This document shows positions 57,348 to 64,000 of a stretch of DNA of 64,000 nucleotides, piece by piece. This DNA is from Albugo candida. Its lineage: Eukaryota. The position numbers were made by a program, and so were the translations under genes. Under the pieces are notes generated by a model that was given only the letters and a program-made list of their open reading frames with translations, made no database searches and was not told the DNA's origin. How positions within the stretch are numbered: the stretch's first letter is position 1; the number at the start of each line of letters is the position of its first letter. The DNA lies in the NCBI GenBank assembly GCA_040437565.1, contig JBDOQK010000015.1:186001-250000 (forward strand), written 5' to 3'.

Positions 57348-59567
57348 ATGCCGAGTGAGTCGACTGTGCCTCCTGCCGCTTCAAACGAACAAACCGAATC
57401 CTCTTCACCACCTTCCTCCACTACAAACATTCCTATTGACGATGCCCCAGCACCACGCTGGCATCATGTCGGTCACCATCGTACAACAATTCGCCCGGAA
57501 TCAACTTTTGACTCTTCTCAGACCTCCATCCAACTTGAGATTCTTGGAATGATCGCAGAGTATCTCCAGTCAGAAGGATTTCCATTATCAAGTGCCGTTC
57601 TTCAAGACGAGTCTAATGTCCGCTTAATGGAGAAATTCCACGATAAGGAAATGTTCCATCGAATGTCGAAAGCGATACAAGATGGGAACTGGAATTTGAT
57701 CGCTAAGCTGATCACCAAGCATTTCAAGACGATTAGTGCGCAACAAGGCTTATTGTATGCGATTTGTAAGCAAGAGTACCTCGAGCTCATTGATCGTCAA
57801 GAGTATCAAAAGGCGTTCACGTTTCTTATGACACATCTGAAGCCTTTGGAACGCGTGAGTAAAATGTATCACCACAATGAGTTTCAAGATCTTTGCTATT
57901 TGCTGACGTGTAAATCTGTCAAAGAAGCTCCCTGCTTTCGTTCATGGGAAGGCGTATATAAGTCTCGCCAAAAGCTGATTGAGCAGCTGAAGTCAACTTT
58001 TGAGATGGACGATTTTATGATGATAATGTCTGTGCCGATGTCCGTATCGACGAACAACGAATGCCCACAAAAAAGTAATAATGAGACAACAGAGAAAACC
58101 GTGACGAGTGATGACAACCCTTCCGATAACGACTCCGTTGTACATGTACCAGAAGATCGTTTACTCACATTGCTGCATCAAAGTGTTGCGTACCAAATGG
58201 AATTCAGTCGATATCACCCCAAAATTGTGCCCAAGGTCACCACGCTGCTGCGAGACTACGAGTGTGAGGTTGTTCCAAACGTGGTCAAGGTCACGTACGA
58301 GGGTCATATGCAAAATGTAAAGTATGTCACTTTTCTCGGTCACGATGGTGAATTCCTTGCCTCTGGATCGAGTGATGCAACCATTAAAATTTGGCCCGTT
58401 GAACCTTCAGATGACGTTAAGCGGAAGCCGAGGGCTACGACCACGGATGATGTGACCGAGAACAACCAGAAAGGTATGATCTGCAACAAGTGGGTTCAGG
58501 AACTGCGGGGTCATGCTTCCCGAATTTGGTACCTGAGCTCCAATCATGCTGGATCGAGATTGTACTCAGCATCCGGTGACGGTACTGTGAAAATCTGGGA
58601 TCTTCGCTCCACGATCGACACATTGACATCATCTGCATTTCGAGATGAATCGCTTGATGATTCGATTTTCAATACAGCCGTCTTGTCCAGCGAGAAAGAT
58701 CTTTGTGATTCGAGCTCCCACCAGCGACTTTGTATAGCGACCTTGGACGCGACACAAGCGCGTACAGAGTGCAGTGATGCTGACGCCGCTATCTATAAGA
58801 ACCATCTTGGGGACATTTACTCGGTAGCGTTGCATCCACACGAGCTACATCTTGTCACCGGAGGATACGACCAACGTGTTCGCTTGTTTGATATCGAGAC
58901 AAATACAATGGTGAAGACTTTCCGCGGGCATGCTGCCTCCGTCTGTGACGCTCAATTCAACCGCCACGCAAACTTGATAGTCAGTGGGTCCAAAGACGGC
59001 ACCATTCGATTTTGGGATATTCTCAGTGGACTCTGTGTGCATACCTTGCGCCAGACACTCGGTGAAGTAACTTCCATCTCATTGGCGTCCAATGGCTTCC
59101 TTCTTCTCAGTGGCTCTCGAAATAATAGCAATCGACTTTGGGATCTACGAATGCTTCACGCGCCTCGTTCTCACTTACAAATGTCGAGTACAGCTCCGCA
59201 GAAACCAACTCGGAATCTGTACACAACAGCAGGGACGTCCACGAGCGAGCATTCGACGCTCTCAACTCATCCACGTCATCATCAATGGCAAGAATCACGA
59301 CCTGTGCAGCGCTTCAAAGGACATCAAAACACTGCGAAAAATGTCGTCCGAGCTTCATTTGGACCACGTGAAGCGTTTGTGCTAGGAGGATCAGAAGACG
59401 GAGCAATCTACATTTGGGATGTCACCACTGGAAAGCTTCTTGAGAAACTCTGCGGACATTCTGGGGTCACATATAACGCAATGTGGCACGAGAAACAAGC
59501 TTTGATGGCGTCAAGTTCGCATGATGCTACTGTGAAAACGTGGTGGTGGCGTGAGCAATCTCGTTGA
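57348..59567 (+). CDS. LisH/CTLH plus WD40-repeat protein
   Basis: ILGMIAEYLQSEGF (LisH), AIQDGNW...KQEYLELI (CTLH), and multiple GH...WD repeats. Confidence 0.88.
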   Translation: MPSESTVPPAASNEQTESSSPPSSTTNIPIDDAPAPRWHHVGHHRTTIRPESTFDSSQTSIQLEILGMIAEYLQSEGFPLSSAVLQDESNVRLMEKFHDKEMFHRMSKAIQDGNWNLIAKLITKHFKTISAQQGLLYAICKQEYLELIDRQEYQKAFTFLMTHLKPLERVSKMYHHNEFQDLCYLLTCKSVKEAPCFRSWEGVYKSRQKLIEQLKSTFEMDDFMMIMSVPMSVSTNNECPQKSNNETTEKTVTSDDNPSDNDSVVHVPEDRLLTLLHQSVAYQMEFSRYHPKIVPKVTTLLRDYECEVVPNVVKVTYEGHMQNVKYVTFLGHDGEFLASGSSDATIKIWPVEPSDDVKRKPRATTTDDVTENNQKGMICNKWVQELRGHASRIWYLSSNHAGSRLYSASGDGTVKIWDLRSTIDTLTSSAFRDESLDDSIFNTAVLSSEKDLCDSSSHQRLCIATLDATQARTECSDADAAIYKNHLGDIYSVALHPHELHLVTGGYDQRVRLFDIETNTMVKTFRGHAASVCDAQFNRHANLIVSGSKDGTIRFWDILSGLCVHTLRQTLGEVTSISLASNGFLLLSGSRNNSNRLWDLRMLHAPRSHLQMSSTAPQKPTRNLYTTAGTSTSEHSTLSTHPRHHQWQESRPVQRFKGHQNTAKNVVRASFGPREAFVLGGSEDGAIYIWDVTTGKLLEKLCGHSGVTYNAMWHEKQALMASSSHDATVKTWWWREQSR

Positions 59568-59655
59568 TACTGATGCAGATATCGAGCATCGAATGTCCAA
59601 CTTTGCAATGTATATTTATTGTGTCGTAGTATCAATCTGCATGCGTAGCAACGAG

Positions 59656-61159
59656 TCATCTACTTGCGGCTTCATGAGCTCTTGAAAGGGCCAAGTCGAA
59701 ATGCTCTTGACAAACGCACGTGTGTCCATGACGGACAGCTAATAAAGCAGCCTCATTGACCAGATTTGCTAATTCTGCACCGCTTTGTTGCCCCATGATC
59801 CCGCAATTTTCAGCGACACGATTTAGATCAACATCATCGCCCAGTTTCACACGTCGTGTATGGAGCTTCAGAATGTCCAAACGTCCTTTGTGGTCTGGTA
59901 GACCGACGTATACATGGCGATCAAATCGTCCAGGACGACATAATGCTGGATCGAGTACTTGAGGACGATTTGTAGCTGCAATCACAATAACGCTATTGGA
60001 TTCACTTCCTGCAAATCCGTCCATTTCTGTCAATAGCTGATTCAATGTTTGCTCGCGCTCATCGTTTGAGTTAATTCCCCCTCGAGCTTTCGCCAACGCG
60101 TCGATTTCATCGATAAAGATGATACAACGGTCGTAAGATGCCGCTTGAGTGAACAGATCTCTGACTCTTGCTGCACCTCGTCCAACCAGCATTTCAACAA
60201 AATCCGAAGCGGAGCAGAACAAGAATGCGACGTTTGCTTCTGCCGCCAATGCTCGAGCCAACAGCGTTTTCCCAGTTCCAGATGGTCCACAAAGTAAGAT
60301 TCCTTTGGGCACTCGTGCTCCAATTGCTCGATATCGGTCAGGATTATGCAAAAAATCGACGATTTCTTCCAACTCTTTGCGTGCGCTATCAATTCCTCCA
60401 ACATCTTGGAAGCTGACACTCTGTTGCGTGATGTCATTTTGCTCCTCATTGGCTTTACTTTCGCCTATATCAACGCCCAATAGTGTGCGGTTTTTAAAAG
60501 TTTTCCAGAAGGCCCACCATTTGGAGCTGTTTCGATTCAAAAAGCGTTTGTCTCGTCCATTTTTTCCAACGCCATCAGAACCCGTTCCAGGAAGAATTGT
60601 CTTGAGCATGCGATAGGTAAAGATAAGGTATCTAGGTGGAGATGGTGAGAGGTTTTGTCAGCTTTCGACACCTAATTTGGACTCACAGAAAAGGAAAAAG
60701 CGCCAGTAAAATCGATCCTAATCGCTTCGGTGTAGGCCGAAATACTTCAAAGGAAATGTTGGACTGCAACATCAACTTATAGAGGCTCCATGGATTCATT
60801 TGTGCGGGGATAAGAACTCTACAATATGATAGTGGTGTGCATCAAAGATTGATTTTTAGAATGAAACGATGCACGTACTTGTATGCAGGCTGCAAGGATG
60901 AGTCTATGGGTTTCACACATATGAATGTGGGTGCCATCCATACGTGCTGGATCTTTTGTGCAGCGATATGGTGAATGAACGTGCTTAGATGCTGCGTAGG
61001 TAATGATCCGGCGTTAGGACGTGAAAGAAGCGATTTTGACGCAATTTTGGATGAAGCGATGGATTTCAGCAATGTCGTCAGATGATTAAATGCTTTTCTT
61101 GAAAGGAGGAAAAGCGCGATGAAATATAGCGTTCGCCGGGCAACTTGATAATGTGTCAT
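59656..61159 (-). CDS. FtsH-like AAA ATPase lacking the M41 protease domain, multi-exon; start approximate
   Basis: [48 protein letters not shown] and RPGRFDR. Stop follows directly after the AAA lid. Confidence 0.85.
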
Positions 61160-61716
61160 TATTGTGTTCCAACGAGCGTATCCGTTCCTGATAGCTACGC
61201 TAATACCGGTTTTATCAGCAGTAGCGGAATCGATTCGAAGTTTGTGCGAGTTGAATTCACAACGAATCCTTGACCTAAATCTCTGCGCAACGGATGGGTG
61301 AATCGTTACTATAGTAGCGATGCTGTACTGGTAAGAAGTGGTACAAAATAGCTTGCTGTTATGATCCAAAAATCAAAAGGAAGCTGGTGTAAACACGGCA
61401 AGATCTTGCTCAGTACCGCTATGAATAAATCACGTAGTTGCTAAAGTACTTCAGCGTTCTTCGACGCTATGGAAGCTAACAAACTTCAAAGGCAACGCTT
61501 CTGCAATTCCACCGAACGACAAATTCGGGATTGCTCTTCCATTCCTTTTCCAGGCTTCCCAGTTAGCGTTAAAAGGATCCGTGTATACTCACTTCCATCA
61601 TCTTTGATAAATTCCCACAGAGTCTCTCTTCGTATCGTCTATATATATCTGCCTTGATCACCTCTCCAACCCGTTCGACCATTCGACAAGAGCCACTCGA
61701 GCGTTAAATTTTCCCA

Positions 61717-62620
61717 ATGGAGCGTCTGACCCAAACGCAAACCGTGACGGAAGAGCAAATTTTCTGCGATCTGATCGATGATATTTCGTGCTTTGACCAA
61801 GCTTTGGCCCATCAGAGTGTTACTCAAGGTTTAGGCTCTCTTCCCAATGCCGCTTTGTTGCCATTTTTGAAAGACCGAACGTCCCGAGCTTCCAATTCGC
61901 AAACACTTTCAACCGTTTGGAATTTTCTTTCCGATTGGGTTCGAGCTCAGGTGATGGATTAGTAGGCTTCGTTTTCATTCCAACTATGCACTGAGCACGT
62001 AATTAGTAGTTAGCCATGGATGCGCCAGCCTCGATTCCAGGCTTTGGCACAATTACGCAACAATCTGAAGAAGTATTATTGTTTGAACCCGATCCGACAT
62101 TCTTAGACAGGCATGCTTTAAAAGTTGAAAGAGATTTTCCTTTTCTTGAAGGGACCAAAAAATCGCCAAACATTTCGTTCGAGGACCAAAGAGAGTATGA
62201 TGCAGATTTGTTTTTGTTCAATTTTGTTGAAATGGCTGCATGTTGTGCTTCCGACTCTGGTGGACAAGCAAAAGCCTGGTTAGATGTTTTACTACAGACA
62301 TTGGGTTTTGCGTTGAGAAATCATGACAAGGTAGACGATCTACTATGCGAATATACTTTCTCATTGATTTCTGTCAAATAGATTGAGCTGGATATCGGAA
62401 GTGGTATCATTTGTTGTGATAACAAAAAGATATCACGGCATATGAAGCAAAAAGAGGTACAAGGAATGCAAACGATCTGGTTCTATCCGTCTCCTGGTGA
62501 ATATCCTTTGGCTTTTAGATGCGTGATTTGGATGCTCTTCATGACGATTTGTTCACAAAGTACGTACTTGACCTCTGTCAAAGGACTTTGTCATCTGATT
62601 GCAGGCTTTGACTAAGAGCC
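61717..62620 (+). CDS. Hypothetical multi-exon protein (boundaries approximate)
   Basis: Consecutive protein-like ORFs at 61717-61962 and 62016-62381 separated by GT-AG-like gaps. It could be the 5' part of the downstream gene. Confidence 0.4.
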
Positions 62621-62692
62621 GATAACTCTGATTGTAGAATTCGAATTCCACGTCGCCCTTCAGCATTCGATCACGTAAAACATTCAGATGCG

Positions 62693-64000
62693 TTGCCGAC
62701 GCGATCTCATACAAGAAAACTCAAAGATTCCGCCCCTCAGCGGACAGAATCACCTCGTCAGATAAAGCTCAACCGGAGCTTTGAAAGTGTCAGAAAACAG
62801 CAAAATTTGTGCACACATAGCACGAGTTGTGACGAGCCATCAGGCATTTTTGTTCCTCTATTTGACAAGATGGGGCAGACGTTGTGCGTAGAACCAGACA
62901 TGCGCACGGCTATGGCTCCATCTAATAGAATAGGCTCCAATTACACGCCGACGGCTCTGCAATTATGCATGCATAGAGGTCTAACATCGGCGGGAATATC
63001 TTTGAATAATGAATCTTTCAATCGGGGAGAGGTTCATGAGTGGTCTCAAGCGGTAATAGCTGATGAAGTTGAAGCTTCCGACAATCGATATATGAGGTAT
63101 CTGAACGAGCTGGATGAATATGATCATCTACAGTGGCAAATTCCGCCCCCTTCGTGTGACTTTATCGATTCTATTTTTCAAGCTTCAAAGAGGCACCTCA
63201 ATGTATTACTTGATCACCCAAAGACTTTCAATGATCAGCTTATTTCTACATTGAGGGTGGAGCTCGCGAGAAGATACACTCGCAGCACACGAAAGGCTGT
63301 TCTCAACTACATATTACTTCGTGATACAACGAGAAAACGACTTCAAATTTATCATGGATCTCCTTCGTCGATGGTGCTTCCAAACAATTTTGTCTGGAAT
63401 AATCTGACCGGAGACGAATACGGATGCCTGTCAGATCTAAAGGCTCTGATCTCAAGCACCCCGACCAAAGCACTTACTTCAAATTTGAGGCAGACTGAAT
63501 GCATGATAAAAGATTCTACTTCACCTCGTTCGCTGATAAATCTACNNNNNNNNNNNNNNNNNNNNNNNNNNNNNNNNNNNNNNNNNNNNNNNNNNNNNNN
63601 NNNNNNNNNNNNNNNNNNNNNNNNNNNNNNNNNNNNNNNNNNNNNTGGAATAATCTGACCGGAGACGAATACGGATGCCTGTCAGATCTAAAGGCTCTGA
63701 TCTCAAGCACCCCGACCAAAGCACTTACTTCAAATTTGAGGCAGACTGAATGCATGATAAAAGATTCTACTTCACCTCGTTCGCTGATAAATCTACTATG
63801 GATACTGTCAAAACCACAAGCGTATACTGTTCTGAAGACGTCATACGCTATGCTTGAGTCAATTCAGCTATTTGATTTACCATCATTAGAAGCACTTTCA
63901 AATTTTAACTCGTACGGCTCTCAATCGCAAGGCACACGGCCTTTGTACCTGCTTGGGTTCAAGGCGAAGCAAATTCATCACGCAGAAAAATCGAAAGAGA
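62693..64000 (+). CDS. N-terminal part of a large gene, probably an axonemal (inner-arm type) dynein heavy chain; runs off the window
   Basis: YTRSTRKAVLNYILLRDTTRKRLQI resembles the Y..S.KKAIVDY.L...E..RL.I motif of DNAH N-termini. No motor domain lies within the window. Confidence 0.5.

Noticed and set aside
63395-63796. 151-bp direct repeat
   Set aside because: Overlap across an N-gap; artefact.
1-64000. tRNA, rRNA or CRISPR arrays, and the many short antisense ORFs in the track
   Set aside because: No RNA genes or arrays were recognised by eye (tRNAscan-SE and Rfam were not run). The short ORFs are shadows of real genes.

Overview
This is eukaryotic, very gene-dense DNA with short GT-AG introns. 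The gene content (mitochondrial MinD, a GH5 cellulase, a PH-FYVE-PI4K, a probable axonemal dynein) fits a zoosporic oomycete; an Albugo-like identity is inference only. It is a draft scaffold with eight 100-N gaps, six of which have duplicated flanks (assembly artefacts). Most of the window is housekeeping genes: SerRS, Ero1, ALDH, LipB, TRM6, KLHDC4, PFK-2/FBPase-2, SPF27, TFIIIC-tau95, ProRS, Sec23 and WD40 proteins. The standout is a complete but decayed composite transposon at 3447-7117. It has 25-bp terminal inverted repeats, TA target duplications, a DD34E IS630/Tc1/mariner transposase and a Fanzor1 (eukaryotic TnpB/Cas12-like RNA-guided nuclease). A structured, omegaRNA-like tail runs into the element end. 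Other notable items are a CENP-B/pogo-type DNA-binding domain fused to phosphopantothenoylcysteine decarboxylase, a probably domesticated BED-hAT gene, a nucleus-encoded mitochondrial MinD, a kinase-phosphoesterase fusion, a protease-less FtsH, and a secreted astacin with non-canonical motifs beside a 4.7-kb gene-poor tract. All family assignments come from motif recognition by eye; no searches were run.
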